A DNA stretch of 47,353 bases, taken from contig NC_068983.1 of NCBI RefSeq assembly GCF_001194135.2, positions 143,459,548 through 143,506,900 on the forward strand. The letters run 5' to 3'. The notes beneath the pieces are model-generated. The model worked only from the letters and a program-made list of their open reading frames with translations. It made no database searches and was not told the origin of the DNA. The translations under genes were made by a program, and so were the position numbers. Position 1 is the stretch's first letter. Each line of letters starts with the position of its first letter. Source of the DNA: Octopus bimaculoides (Eukaryota). Below, one piece after another: positions 12,697 to 24,570 of the stretch.

Positions 12697-12910
12697 TAAT
12701 CCTTTCTATTAAAGGCACAAGGCCTGAAATTTTGGCGATGGGGCTAGTCAATTATATTGACCCCAGTGTTCAACTGGTTCTTATTTCGTCGACCCCGAAA
12801 GGATGAAAGGCAAAGTTGACATCAGTGGAATTTGAACTCAGGATGTAAAGATGGATGAAATACAGCTAAACATTTTTCCCAGTGTGCTAATGATTCTGCC
12901 AGCTTGCCAC
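12450..12910 (-). mobile_element. Two more tandem family-A SINEs
   Basis: Same core at about 12450-12655 and 12700-12910, each bounded by (AAT)n. Confidence 0.85.
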
Positions 12911-12912
12911 TT

Positions 12913-12962
12913 TAATAATAATAATAATGATAATAATAATGATGATGATGATAATAATAATA

Positions 12963-13044
<82 letters not shown>

Positions 13045-13370
13045 NNNNNNNNNNNNNNNNNNNNNNNNNNNNNNNNNNNNNNNNNNNNNNNNNNNNNNNN
13101 NNNNNNNNNNNNNNNNNNNNNNNNNNNNNNNNNNNNNNNNNNNNNNNNNNNNNNNNNNNNNNNNNNNNNNNNNNNNNNNNNNNNNNNNNNNNNNNNNNNN
13201 NNNNNNNNNNNNNNNNNNNNNNNNNNNNNNNNNNNNNNNNNNNNNNNNNNNNNNNNNNNNNNNNNNNNNNNNNNNNNNNNNNNNNNNNNNNNNNNNNNNN
13301 NNNNNNNNNNNNNNNNNNNNNNNNNNNNNNNNNNNNNNNNNNNNNNNNNNNNNNNNNNNNNNNNNNNNNN

Positions 13371-13464
<94 letters not shown>

Positions 13465-13512
13465 CGACGACGACGACGATAATAATAATGATGATGATAA
13501 TTATAATAATAA
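12913..13512. repeat. (AAT)n/(GAT)n microsatellite spanning a gap
   Basis: Direct reading. Source of the poly-D/poly-M artefact ORFs. Confidence 0.95.
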
Positions 13513-13660
13513 TAGGGACAGCAAGGATTATCAGGAGGGGTTAAGCACTTGAAAGACAGCTGACAACTTGTGGATACCTAAGGTTACCAGTAATAATCTG
13601 CTACCCACATAAATCCTACCAAGAATAAGACCAAACCTGAGCCAAACCAAAATAATAATG
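13512..13660 (+). repeat. Unclassified interspersed repeat, second copy inverted at about 32600-32740
   Basis: cttgtggatacctaaggttacc...gaccaaacctgagccaaaccaaaa matches the reverse complement of ttttggtttgactcaggttcagtc...gtaaccttaggtacccacaag. Confidence 0.7.
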
Positions 13661-15185
13661 ATATCTTACATGACATGAGACCAGAAACAGTTGATTATGA
13701 TGACCCGAGTATTTCAGAGAAACTTATTTTTTCAATCCTGCAAGAACGAAAAGCTAAGTCAACTTTGGTAAAATTTAAACTGAAAATACAAAGGGATATA
13801 AGAAAATACCACAAGGTATTTTGTCTACCACTTCTTCCAATCCATTGTCCTAGTATGTGGACAATTATATTGCTAACACAAAATAAAGATTAATAAATGA
13901 CATTTGCTAACAAGAAAAAACATGTATTAGAGCTGAGGAAGAGTAAGGGATATACAAAGAGGGAGAGAGGGGGAAAGAGGAGAGAGATAGAGAGAGACTG
14001 TGACTCTAAACCTCCCTTTTTACAACTCCATCTCAACAAAATGCAAGTCCAAACTTTGACTTTTCTAAAGATTATATCAAGTAAAAGCATTTTGCCTTTT
14101 GTTTTTGTTGTTTATTTAAAGATGCGACAAATATTATCTAATTACCAAAGAGTATAATCTGATATTATAGTACATATTAATCCTTTCTTACAGACTACTA
14201 AGAAGGAAGATTAGAAATAGATTTAATTCTTTTCTTAAGCAACAGAATTAACAACTGAATGTATGTCAGTTTTCCATTGTCTTATATAGCTCCTTGTAAG
14301 CAGATATATAATGTTAGTTTTTCTACCATCTTACAGCTACTTGTCTCTGTTTCTGAGATGAGTTATTACTAAAGTAGCATGCATTGATTGTAATATTAAC
14401 TTCAATGTTTTTGCTTCTACATACTCTGTATTTCAATCAATATCTTTTCCAATAAGCAGAGGTCAGTAGAATGACAGAAAATTTAGCCTGGTAGACTAAA
14501 TGCTTTCAGTATTTTGCTTCATTTTCCTACATTCTGAGTTCAGAATCCTCTAAATAAAATTTGCATTGTTTTCCTTTTTTTTTATTTTTTAAATTCCAGG
14601 TTTGATTAAATGAGTACCAGAATTGTACTAAAATTAGAGGCAAATTACCTGAGCGGCAAAGGTATTGGTTGGTCTACTTTCTTCTAACTTGCAAAACTGT
14701 TAGTTCTTAGCCTCATGTCTACCCTGATCAAACACACCTATGATCAAAGATATTCAAGACATCATTATCTCATCTTTACTTCAGGAACAGTGTACTCAAA
14801 ACTACATTACTACATTATCCAATATGTCTTTTTTCCTGATTGTGTGTGATTTGAGGAAGGTTTGATTGCTATTTCTAGCATATCAAGCAATCAAAATAAG
14901 AGTTTCATTGTTGGTTAGTCTAGTTTTTATACTGTCTATATTGCCTAGTTTGGATATCTGTCAGGAATATCTACCAAATTATATAGAATTATCATTGATA
15001 ACATTCTAGTGTCCTCATCTACTTTAATCCCTGAATCCAGAACTAAGTACTCACATTTAAGAAGACATCTGATTTTTATAAATTTGTATTGCAAGATTCC
15101 TGATGTGAAATCATGTATTGAAACAGATATTGTTGTATTTTGGGATGGTTATTTTTTGTTTTTTGCCAAATAAACACACATACTA

Positions 15186-16484
15186 TTGGGTTGGCAACTA
15201 AGTTGCTGCCATTTTTTAAAATTTAAATTTTTTTTAAGGTTTAATAAAAAATAACAACTAATTAATCAATAATGTATTCACCTTTGTTGTTTACAACTTC
15301 TTCCCAACGTTCAACAAGATTTTCAATACTTCGTTGGTAGAAACCATCCGATTTCGACTCGAAAAATTGATCCAACCAAGCTCTCAATTCTGCATCAGTA
15401 TTGAATGAAACTCCGCGCATAGCATTTGAAAGAGATCGAAAGAGGTGGAAAACCATTGGTGCCAATCAGGAGAGTGTGGCAAGTGTGGCAGCACTTCCCA
15501 ACCATGCGTTTGAATGGCTTCCTTGGTCATATTGGTGATATGAGGGCAGGCGTTGTCGTGCAGTAGAAGAACTCCATGCTGCTGATTAGGTATTTTCTCT
15601 TGAATAGCCATGTTGAGTCATTCCATCTATTGAACATAAAGTTCCACGTTGACCGTTTGGTTCTGTTCAAGCAATTCATAATGGATAATCCCTTCTCAGT
15701 CCCACCATATGCACAACATCATTTTACACAAATGAGGACCATGTTTCACGTGCGGTGTCGCTTGTTTACCGGAGCTAAGCCATTCCTTAAGCTGCTTCAT
15801 ATTGATGTACAGGCACCATTTTTCATTGCCAGTAATGATTTGATAAAGAAATTGTTGCTTGTATCCATGAGTTGAGTGGTGATGAGCAAGCAAACCAGCG
15901 GAGATTGTGGCTTATTGATTTTTGTTGTTGTCACTTAAAGCATGCGGAACCAATGCTCCATACTCCTGAACCTTTCCCATCGAGTGAAGATGCTTCTCTA
16001 TAGCAGTGTGGGAGCATTCCATTTTCTCTGCCAGTTTCCTTGTCGTTTGACGAGAATTTTCATGCAAAAGTTGGTTTAATCGCTTTTCATGAAACTCAAC
16101 TGGACAGCCGGAACGAGGTGCGTCTTTGAGGTAAAAATTTCCATTTTTGAACTTGGCATACCAATCACGAGCGGTTCTTTCAGCTATGGCACCCTCTCCA
16201 TACACAACACAAATGTCGCGAGCAGCTTTTGCGGCCTTAGAACCTTGATTAAAAGCAAAAAGAAGGAGGTGTCGAAAATGCTCATTTTTCTTAACTTGAC
16301 ATTCCATTTTAATGATCTGAAAATAAACAAAAATTAACTAGAATTAACTAGAAGAAAAAAGAAAAACAAAATAGATTCCAAAATGATTCAAAAATAGAAT
16401 TCTTGAAAAAAATAGATTCCAAAATTAAAAACAAAATAAATTCCAAAATTTAAAAAAACAGCAGAAACTTAGTTGCAAACCCAA
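15186..16484 (-). mobile_element. Full-length (1299 bp) mariner DNA transposon, defective
   Basis: TIRs ttgggttggcaactaagttgctgc / gcagaaacttagttgcaaacccaa, TA target duplication on both sides, internal transposase pseudogene. Confidence 0.95.
15262..16307 (-). pseudogene. Mariner (DD34D) transposase pseudogene
   Basis: HTH N-terminus (FRHLLLFAFNQG..AAKAARDIC..YG), LVPHAL (WVPHEL), IITGNEKW (first Asp to Asn), LLHDNACPH, HSPD plus a 1-nt frameshift then APMVFHLF (third Asp lost). In-frame stops present. Confidence 0.93.
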
Positions 16485-16515
16485 TATATATTTGTTCTTC
16501 ACTCGTTTATTAGTG

Positions 16516-16640
16516 TTCTTGTTTTTTTTTATTTTAACTCATGTCCATTATCCAGAAATCCTTTGTCGCACATCTGAGACCTCTTCAGTGACACTTTTTC
16601 CAGACAATGGACATTAGTTAAAATAAAAAAAACATAAGAA
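16516..16640. repeat. Short hairpin/MITE-like inverted repeat (about 43-bp arms)
   Basis: gttcttgttttttttattttaactcatgtccattatccagaaa pairs with tttccagacaatggacattagttaaaataaaaaaaacataagaac. Confidence 0.8.
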
Positions 16641-17442
16641 CAGTTAATATACAAGTAAAGAACAAATATATAGAGTGTGTGTTCATTTGGCAAAAACAAA
16701 AAAAAAAATGACCATGCCAAAATATCTGAGTTTTCTTTTCTTTCAAATATGCAAGAATTGATTTAATAAACTGTTATATCCTACTCATAATTTCTTCCTT
16801 TTTCTAAAATGAAAAAAATTTTTTTGTAATGTTCGAAATCAAATTATTTCTCCATAATCTTCAGAGAGCAGTACTTGGACTAGAATTGAACTCAAAAGCC
16901 TTCATTTGTAACTAATATCTTCATATAGAAAATATAACAATTTAAACAGAAATTGTCACAGGAAAAAAACTTGTATTCATAAATTTTCTTTTTATTGTCT
17001 CTCATATACATCATGTATGATAATTTTCTTTACATTTCAATTTCAATTCCTTCTTGATGAACATATTTAAAACTATTGTTCTAAGATTTTTGTTCTCTTG
17101 AGCATTTTATCTTGAAGAAGAGGAAAAGAGATCTAATTTCTTCGTGAAACTTCAAAGTTGATAACTTATATAAGCATAAAGGCCAAATTTTCTAGTGATC
17201 AGTGGAGGATAATCATTGTGAATTTAATGGACTCTAATATAGTGTAGAAGGTATGGATAGATTAGTCAATGGGGTATGGGAAAACTAACTACTTCATCTT
17301 ACTATTACTGTCTATGTCCATAGTCAAAACACTAAACTCACAGCTGCTGGTCCCATCAAGTTCTAAGTGGCAGGTAGCAATGTGGAATTGACAATAGGAT
17401 TATTTAGCTTCCCATGTCAAATTCAATTCTGCTGGTGACAAA

Positions 17443-18291
17443 AGTTACATGCAATAGACAGATATCTAATCTTAGGGAACTTGCTGAGGCTACTTGCTGG
17501 AGCCTAGCAGCAGGAAGTTTAGACAGTGTCATGTGACAACTTGCTGGTGCTGCCTACTGGACCCTAGCAGCGGGAAATTTAGACAGTGTCACGTGACAAC
17601 TAGCTGGGGCTGCCTGCTGGAGCCTAGCAGCAGATATAAAAAGGGGAATTTGACATGACGATCAGTCGGACGCTGACACTCGTTGATGCTGCATCGAAGA
17701 GGCCAGGGAATAGAAGAAAGAAGACATGCACCCANNNNNNNNNNNNNNNNNNNNNNNNNNNNNNNNNNNNNNNNNNNNNNNNNNNNNNNNNNNNNNNNNN
17801 NNNNNNNNNNNNNNNNNNNNNNNNNNNNNNNNNNNNNNNNNNNNNNNNNNNNNNNNNNNNNNNNNNNNNNNNNNNNNNNNNNNNNNNNNNNNNNNNNNNN
17901 NNNNNNNNNNNNNNNNNNNNNNNNNNNNNNNNNNNNNNNNNNNNCTAATCCACCAAGGGAAGGTATGTCGGAAGAAAGTAATTCAACAACGCGGGTTGAT
18001 GAACCGTAAGACGTGTGGCCAGAACCTCCTGGAAAATAACCATAGCGAGGGACATTCCACAGTTGAATTAGAACAGTCACAAACAGTGAAAGAAGACATG
18101 CACCCAACACCAGAGCTGAAGACACCTCCGAAAGGGGGTGGCCCTGCCACGTCAAAACGGTAGAGGAGTAGGGGCCGAAACCGGACGTGGTTCCTCCTGA
18201 TGATGTCTTGAGCTAACTGGATCCTATAAAGGAGCTGTTGTGGTAGCAGACCACGAAACATGGTTGAAATTCCTCCTTCCTTAATGTAACA
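17443..18291 (+). mobile_element. LTR-like element (possible solo LTR) interrupted by a gap
   Basis: GC-richer island with 60-bp tandem repeats, TATA and Inr. Ends in TGTAACA, with AGTTACA at the putative left end. No convincing TSD. Confidence 0.4.
17478..17666 (+). promoter_or_regulatory. Enhancer-like 60-bp repeats plus TATA box and TCAGT initiator
   Basis: About 2.6 copies of a 60-bp unit. GTCACGTGAC at 17588-17597, GTCATGTGAC at 17528-17537, TATAAAAA at 17635, TCAGT with A at 17664 (29 nt spacing). Confidence 0.55.
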
Positions 18292-20190
18292 AAAACCGGG
18301 GATAAGCACTAGTACCATGAATTTTGTGATCTAGAAAAATATTAATATATTATTGATTCTACACATTGGCATGAGACCAAAAATCTGTAGAATAGAAATA
18401 TAGTTAGTTGATTCTGATCCCAATACATACTACTTTTGTACACACTTTATAGAAGATTTGAAGTTGAACCTCCAAGCAGAATTTGAACACAAAACATAGT
18501 AGGACTAAACTAATGTATAACAGTTAGTTTGAACTCTGCCATTTCCATCACTCATCTGCCACATCCCAGCATATTGCTGGTAATTTTTGGAATATATTAT
18601 TAATCTAAAAGGAATGAAAGTTAAAGTCTGACTCAAGCAGGGACTGAACTTGAAACAGAGGTGTAAACCAAATACAGAAGACATGTAGGTTGGTCTTTTT
18701 TTTATGATTAGTTAAAGGAGAAAGGACTATGCCTATGCCCTTTTTCTGGGCTTCCAAGACTTGTAAGAAAAAAGAGGGAAGTTATCCTCTGACTCAAAAT
18801 CTGACCCAAATGCTTGCAATAAAGTGACTCCATCATTAGTTTTGACTAACTTGAAGCTGTAGTAGACGATACTTGTCTAATGTTCCATGCAGTAGTATTG
18901 AACTCAAAACCACATAGTCACAAAGTAACTGTCTTAACCAAGCAGCCATTCCAGCATTCAACAATACTACCCTATTGTAAAGTATAATATTAGAATAGAA
19001 TTTCCATATTAATGAATGTCTCCAGGATTAAAAAGAAAATGAGAGACAAAGGTAAAAAAAATGTTAAGAATACATAGAATAATAAATTGCATATGGTAAT
19101 GTATAATTAATGGTTAGAGGAATTTCTGTAACCACTTGATTATACGTGTCTTATTTAACAATCACAGTCCAGTAGAAGCAAGCTGAGACAATTGATTGTT
19201 TGCTTCTTATTGAATATATAATCTATGTCAATGAGTAATCACTGGCCACCATTAAAACAGACTGTAGCACTTGGCTTACTTCTAAAGAGTGTAATTAGGC
19301 AGGTGTATTATTTTTTTCACAAATATTTATGAAGGTGCTTGTTATCAATAATTTCAATAGCTTTAGTTACTAGATACTATGATGCATGATTGGAAAGGTA
19401 TGGTCATCCCAACTTCATACTTTTTATTTCTATCTTTAAAATGTAACATCTTCATGACTGTTCAAAGACTTATTATCTCACCCAACCTAACACACTGCTT
19501 GGTTTAACACCTTCAACTGGTCCTTCAACCCTGGTTAGCAAAGATTACTCTGTTGCAGGTATTCAGACATCCATGTTAACTTATAAATGCTTAGATTCGG
19601 CATCAGCCATAAAGATTTTACCTGTTTTGGAAAGCCAGCAAGATTTTAGACACTGACCCTGTATCTGAATAACAGACAGTATGATTATAGGTGAAATATC
19701 TTTGATCATTGGTCTACTCCATCAGAACTGATCCAAAATTAAACATTAACAGCCCTTAAAATCAAATCAAAATACATTAGCTTGATAGAATAAGTAGGGG
19801 ATGTTTCCTCACCACCAGCACAGGTCTGTTAACATGTTTCATAGTGAAAGGCAGATGAATTATAAATCTTTTTCAGGTAGAATGCCTTAGAAATTAACCT
19901 ACAGATGTTCAACCAAGGTATCGGTTGCATAAATCTCACCAGTTTGGAAGAACCTACAAAACATAATGGGCACTTCCCATATAAAAGAAAACATTCAAGA
20001 AATGACCTGTGTGAAGCTTATGTAAACAATATTATATTGCTTGAGAGTAGGACATAGACACTGTATGTGGAAGATCTACAGAAGAAAAGAAAAACTGAGG
20101 ATGACCTGTTGATTTTCAGCATTAACTGGTATGAAATACTGAATGAAAATGGGCTAAGTGAGTGGCTGGGATTTTAAATATATCACTTAA

Positions 20191-20402
20191 CCCTTTCATT
20201 ACCAACCCGGCTGAAACCGGCTCTGGCTCTGAGTACAATTGTCATAAGTTTTGAATTAAAATCTTTTACCAAGCCTTAGTCACAATTTATGTTCCTAACA
20301 CCAGCTGAATGATAACTAAGTTATTTTATTAAATTCTTGGTTATATTTAAAGTAATTGAAAGAAACACAGAGCATCTCAAAATAAATACAGTAACGAAAG
20401 GG
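20191..20402. mobile_element. piggyBac-like MITE
   Basis: ttaa|ccctttcattac ... gtaacgaaaggg|ttag. Confidence 0.75.
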
Positions 20403-21177
20403 TTAGTGCGTGCTGCATTAGTATGGGCAGGTTATATGAATGGATCGTACATACAGGGTCAAAGAGTGCAAAATGCTAGCAGGGATAGGAATGGGGTACT
20501 CCTAACAGAGAAAGGCAAAGAATAATATTGGAAGATGTGATATCAGGTCTTAAGATGTTAAACCTCACAGAGGAATTGGCAGCAGGGGGTTGTGATGAAT
20601 AGCAATATGCTGTACCTATCTGCCATATTCCAACATAGAAAAGCAGACACTAACATCATCAACACCTACGTTTCTATCATCGTCATTGTTACCATCAGTG
20701 TCACCGTCATCATCATCATCATCATCAACATAACACCATGATGATGATCTGTATCAATAATTTAAAGAAATTTTAAAAAATAAATATGAATAAAAGAGGG
20801 TCTTTTTTTTTAGATTAGAGCATGAATAAATATGGTGTAGATCAACACAAAAGGAACTAGAGAAAGGCAGAGTATAAATACAGAAGCGAAAAATTATGCG
20901 ACATGGAATTCAATTATAAGTGGCCTATACTCCACGTTGGAGGGTTAAAGGCAAGAAAGAAAGAAGAAAACATTTATTAATTGGATGTAATTAACCATAT
21001 ATATAAGGTTTAAGTAAAAATAATAATTAACAATAAATAGGAAATTTAATAAGTAAACTTGATAGAATATGTATTTTAAAATATAAAAATGGTTTAAAAT
21101 ATCATGTTTACTAGAAAATTTCAATCTCATTACTTAAAAATCTAATGTGTGTGTGTGTGTGTGTCTCTCTCTCTCTC

Positions 21178-21223
<46 letters not shown>

Positions 21224-21619
21224 ACTCTCTACTTTTTACAAGCAAAAAATAAGTCATAGAAAAATAATGAAGAATTTTGTAAAATATATTTTTATTTGCA
21301 GACTCAGCCAAACCTCAGAAACATAGAAATGAAATGGATATAAAAATACCATACCATGACACAGTCTGATGGAAACTTAAGAATGCCATCATAATGTACA
21401 GCATGTTTTGGACATTTTTTTTTTTTAGACCTTACAAAGCCCATCCCTCTACAAGTCTTACCACAACCAATTTCTTCTAGAATGAATACTCATGTTTCAG
21501 TACCTTACAATAACATCTCTGTACACACATAAGCATTATACAATCTTCTCATTACTTGGAGAGAGAATTCCTTTGTTACCAGCAGAGATAATATCTTTCT
21601 AAATTTTTTTTTAAGTCTA

Positions 21620-22400
21620 TTCTTTCTATGTACATTTAGCTTTCAAAGTACCCACCTCCACTGCTGCTTAGATCACCTAAGTAATGGAAATTGTCGACTG
21701 CTTCTCAAGAGCCTTCTGAGCATTTGAAAGAATTTCTTTTCCTAGTTGCTCTTATTGCTAATTATTCTTGTACAACTGCTACATACAAACTTTCTCCCCT
21801 TTTCTGTTAGCTTGCCTTATGCAGTGCAATCTAAAGGCATGGGCACACTAGGCAAATGCCCAGGGGTGCCACAGGTTTAAGAGTGCCACAAGTTTAGGGG
21901 TCAGGTCTGATCCATGTATGTTGTGGCTTGCTGTTAATAAATAAATTCTATAAGACTCAGAGCACTGATTTGTCCAGGAACCTATAATGCTTCTAAGATG
22001 GTCCTGGCCTTATGATCTCATTGTCTACTTTGTGCACCCATAGTTCACCCTGGGTGCAGTATAGAATTCCAACTTACACCTCAGTATATCAAGAATAGTC
22101 ACTTCCTAGATGGCAGCAGAATTCTTGGGAATTAAGACATTTATCTTTGCTAAGTTTACTTCTAGGCCTCTTGATTCTAAACTCAACTTCTATGTTTGGA
22201 ACTTTTCCAATAATTACTTGACTGACTTGGCTATGAAAACTTAACCATTGATGTCATACAAGGTTTTCTATTGACAGTCAGTCTTGAGCTTCTTTGTTAC
22301 AGCCAAGAGGTTTGATATTATTGGTATCAGTAATACGCTATCTTTAAATAGTCAACTGTGTTTCTTCTTTACGAAAATTTGTCAAGTGCCCACAAAGGAT
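21620..22400 (-). pseudogene. Old RTE-clade reverse transcriptase relic, interrupted by a hAT MITE
   Basis: Minus-strand fragments LLEKFQT*KLSLESRGLEVNLAKINVLI and EAVDNFHYLGDLSSSGGG match RTE RT motifs. Confidence 0.7.
21822..22006 (+). mobile_element. hAT-type MITE (185 bp)
   Basis: CAG...CTG termini and a perfect 8-bp TSD gccttatg (21814-21821, 22007-22014). Confidence 0.9.
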
Positions 22401-22404
22401 ATCA

Positions 22405-22575
22405 ATCAATATCCGCCTTCCATGTTAGCATGGGCTGAATGATTTGACTGAGGACTGGTGAACCAGATGGCTGCACCAGGCTCCAATCTGATTTGGAATA
22501 TTGGCGCCTGGTGTAGCCATCTGGTTCGCCAGTCCTCAGTCAAATCATCCAACCCATGAGGACTGGCGAACCAAA
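22405..22575. repeat. RTE-tail fragment with an inverted self-duplication forming a hairpin
   Basis: 22429-22487 pairs with 22500-22558 (59 bp, about 5 differences). Confidence 0.9.
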
Positions 22576-22589
22576 ATGTAAATATTGGT

Positions 22590-23290
22590 TTCAAATGTTG
22601 ACACAAGGCCAGCAAGTTCTAGAGGAGGGAGCGACTTGATCGCATCTAACCCAGTGCTCAACTGGTACTTATTTTATTGAACCCAAAAGGATGAAAGGCA
22701 AAGTCAACCTTGGTGGAACTTGAACTCAAAATATTAAGATAGATGAAATGCAGCTATGCATTTTGTCCAGTGTGCTAATGATTTCTTATTTCTTTACTGC
22801 CCACAAGGGGCTACACACAGAGGGGACAAACAAGGACAGACAAACGGATTAAGTCAATTATATCGACCCCAGTGAGTAACTGGTACTTATTTAATTGACC
22901 CCGAAAGGATGAAAGGCAAAGTCGACCTCAGTGGAATTTGAACTCAGAACGTAGCGGCAGACGAAATACCGCTAAGCATTTCGCCCAGGGTGCTAATGTT
23001 TCTACCAGCTCGCAGTATGCTAATTATTCTACCATCTCGCTCCCTTAATAAATGTAAACATTAATTTCAAATTTTGGCACAAGGCCAGCAGTTTCGGGGG
23101 TGGGGTGGGGGTAAGTCGATTACTTCAACCCTAGTATTTAACTGGTACTTATTTTATTGACCCCCCCCCCCCCGAAGAATGAAAAGCAAAGTCGACTTCA
23201 GTGAAATTTGAACTCAGAACATAAAGGCAGATGAAATGCTGTTAAACATTTGCCCAGCACACTAACAACTTAGCCAGCTCACTGCCTTAA
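22590..23290 (-). mobile_element. Cluster of family-A SINEs, same orientation, one nested and young
   Basis: Cores at about 22590-22780, 22783-23015 (with tail ttcttatttctttactgcccacaagggg) and 23070-23290. Confidence 0.85.
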
Positions 23291-23709
23291 TATATAAACA
23301 CACATAATATCTAAACACACTTACACATAGATTTACATGTTATTATTTACTTTTATTATTCTGCTGAGCTTGCTTTTTGTTTTTCATCCTTTCAGAGTCA
23401 AAATAAGTACCAGTGTTCAGCTGGTCAATATAATTGACTAACTGCCACCCTACCAAATAAATTGTTAGCCTTGTGCCAAAATTTGAAATCAATATTTACG
23501 TTTATTTTAATTTTAATGTTACTATTTACATTTATATTAAATAAATATAAATATTAATCTATGAATTTATGTGTAAGTGTGTTTATATGTCTAAGTGAAT
23601 GTGTGTGTCTTTATATAAGAGAGAGTGTGTGTATGAATGTGCATACATGTGTGTTTATCATGTGCCTTTTTAGACCATGCTGTATATATATTGATAGAGT
23701 GTATATTGA

Positions 23710-23860
23710 TGTGAAAGCCTGAGCTGACTGAGTCAGTAGAGTTTTGGCTTACTAACTAAGAGGTCAGCAGTTTGTATTTCATTGCAGTGACCATTGACCA
23801 GACACTGGACTCTCTCAACTGATTAATCCATTTAGCTTATAAGTAGGAGTGCATGGGGGT
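23710..23860 (+). mobile_element. Old tRNA-derived SINE
   Basis: gagctgactgagtcagtagag (A-box-like), decayed B box, then ccatttagcttataagtaggag. Confidence 0.45.
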
Positions 23861-24204
23861 CTTACTAGATTTCATTCTGCTTTAAGCATTCAGATCACAC
23901 ACACAGATACAGACACAAACACACAAACACATGCAGAAACATACTCATGCACATACACACACATGCACGCACGTACACACACATACACATACACTTTTCA
24001 ATCTAGAGCAGTATTATGGATTTGTATCCTTTCCTAGCCACATTTTTTCTGTGGACATTGACCCAAAGCTGTTTATGTGAGGCTAGAATTAGGGAGCCTT
24101 TGTATGTTGCAAGGTCACATTAAAGGTAATTCCCATCTGATAAAGGTGCATTTCAAAATTACTTTTATATGAGTTAATCTTATAATTTTATAGAATATAT
24201 TTAT

Positions 24205-24570
24205 TCCCGGCATGGTTGTGGAGTTAAGAAGCTCATTTTGCAACTATGTTGTGTCAGGTTCAGTTCCAATGTGTGGCATTTTGAGCCAGTGTCTCCTATT
24301 GTAGCACCAGGCTAACCAATGCCTTGTGAGTGAATTTATTAAATGGAAACTGTGGAGAAGCTCACCACACACATGCACACATGAGTGCATGCATGTATGT
24401 TTGTGATTGTGTATGTCCCCACCATTGCTTGACAGCCAGTGTCTGTTTTGTTTATATCATCATAATCTAGCAGTTTGGTAAAAGTGTCTGATAGACTTAA
24501 AATCAGAACTAGAGTCAATTCATTTGACAAAGCCCATCGAGGCATGACTACTGTCCAATGATTGGAATAT
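24205..24570 (+). mobile_element. Family-B SINE with tail
   Basis: ggcatggttgtggagttaagaagc...caggttcagttcc...gccttgtgagtgaattt, then microsatellite and cttgacagccagtgtctg tail. Confidence 0.8.

Noticed and set aside
13670-13893. Exon or small gene (good minus-strand splice signals; 72-aa plus-strand ORF)
   Set aside because: All three minus frames contain stops, and the plus ORF has no recognisable motif or good acceptor.
18170-18235. Minus-strand YRIQLAQDIIRRNHVRFRP as a Gypsy integrase C-terminus
   Set aside because: Only a short RRN-like resemblance, no other pol motif nearby, and it conflicts with the plus-strand promoter orientation.
19490-19960. Possible small exons (VEGPVEGVKPSSVLG; FFQTGEIYATDTLVEH)
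   Set aside because: Several frames and both strands are open, so there is no basis to choose. Could be chance.
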